A DNA stretch of 64,000 nucleotides from assembly GCF_018977255.1 (NCBI RefSeq), contig NW_024704743.1:10728001-10792000 (forward strand). The letters are read 5' to 3'. Below the pieces are notes generated by a model. That model ran no database searches. It saw only the letters and a list, made by a program, of their open reading frames with translations, and was not told the DNA's origin. A program made the position numbers and the translations under genes. Source of the stretch: Callorhinchus milii (Eukaryota). Shown here in pieces: positions 62,868 through 64,000 of the stretch (position 1 is the stretch's first letter; each line of letters opens with the position of its first letter).

Positions 62868-64000
62868 TAAATGTTAACCTTGAATTCTTGAGTTGATTTT
62901 CATTTTGTTTTGACGTGATATATCGGTATTGAAGAAACATGGTATAAAATGCATTAAACATGAATAAGTATCAATTTGATATTAAATCTACCTTTCTTTC
63001 ATAAAGATTCATCATATCAATTAACTTGGAATGCATAGCTGGCTGACATTATCTATCGCAATGGCATTTATTTTCCAGCTGCCAGACCATTGAATGTCAA
63101 GTTGATTCTGTCCTTTGGAATTAATTCTATTTCCCATTTTCCATTCTCGACCAAGGACAGATAACGTGCTCTCTGTGGCATTTCTGTAATCAGATATGTT
63201 AATAATAGTCCTTCCATTTGATTTAGCACCTTTCATGCTGGGAGACACCTCAAAGCGCTTCATGGGATTTTACTGTAAAGTGCAGTGACTGCATATTTTG
63301 TAGGCAAATGTTGCAGCCAATTTGTGCAGAGCAATTTCCTACAGCCTTTTCCAACAGTCATGATCAATTTTACTTGCAGGCTTGTTGGCAGACATTGTGA
63401 GAAGTTCCCTTCTCTAAAATTGATTGAGTGTGTACACCACTTGATAGGCCCATGCGTGGGTGGGTAATTGGCCCATGAGTGAGTATTTGAGTTGTCTATT
63501 TTGATGCCCTGTTCATAGTATGGGATGTCACAGCTTTGAACATTTGCAGTGTTCTGAGGCTTTTGGGACTGTGGATAGCATCAACAATGACAACTTGCAT
63601 TTATATAGCGCCCTTCACCCGGCGCAGCATCTCTGAGTGTTTAAATTGATTAAATCAGCTTGAATTAGCAGATGACATGTTTGGGGATAGGAGTGAAGGA
63701 GATGGATGCCTGTGAGTTAACTCCAAATGAGAAAGGTCCATGGTACAGGTCAGTGATGCATGATCACAACCTTTTCACTGAAGGCATCTAAACACAGTAT
63801 TTGACTATGGAGAGATGAAATATCCATTTTAGAAGCTAGTGTACCATAGATTAGTAACTAATGGGAAGCCCAAGTCCCATTTACTAATGAATTGCTCATT
63901 CTTCCTTTCTCAGACAAGCTCAGGCAGATTACTTCTTTGAAGTAAGGGCTTGGCTACAGAATGGGTACATTGACACATAAAGATTGCAGAATATTGTGGG

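Overview
Repeat-dense, AT-rich non-coding vertebrate DNA, either a gene desert or the inside of a very large intron. The repeat mix (L2 LINEs, CR1 LINEs, tRNA-derived Deu-domain SINEs of the SacSINE1/AmnSINE1 type) points to a cartilaginous fish, possibly a chimaera; this is inference only. I found no supportable host exon, rRNA, intact tRNA or CRISPR array. The only recognisable proteins in the ORF track are LINE ORF2 fragments (L2 RT with YADD/YVDD, CR1 endonuclease and RT C-terminus); the rest are antisense or alternative frames of repeats, low-complexity artefacts, or short unassigned frames. Features list the clearest copies; many more short SINE/L2 tail fragments are present. Main points for a second look: (1) a tRNA-Ala-headed composite SINE present as long and short subfamilies with opposite strand bias; (2) repeated opposite-orientation nesting and head-to-head fusion of retroelements, including a 1.2-kb-arm L2 inverted repeat; (3) a 95-bp near-identical copy of non-repeat DNA 5.5 kb away, fused to a SINE end; (4) a decayed ~110-codon helical ORF; (5) an unnamed ~430-bp ancient repeat, a palindromic foldback element and a hAT MITE with 8-bp TSD; (6) repeat-free islands with RFX, POU and YY1/ETS motifs. 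I cannot show from sequence alone that any of these is a new biological system.
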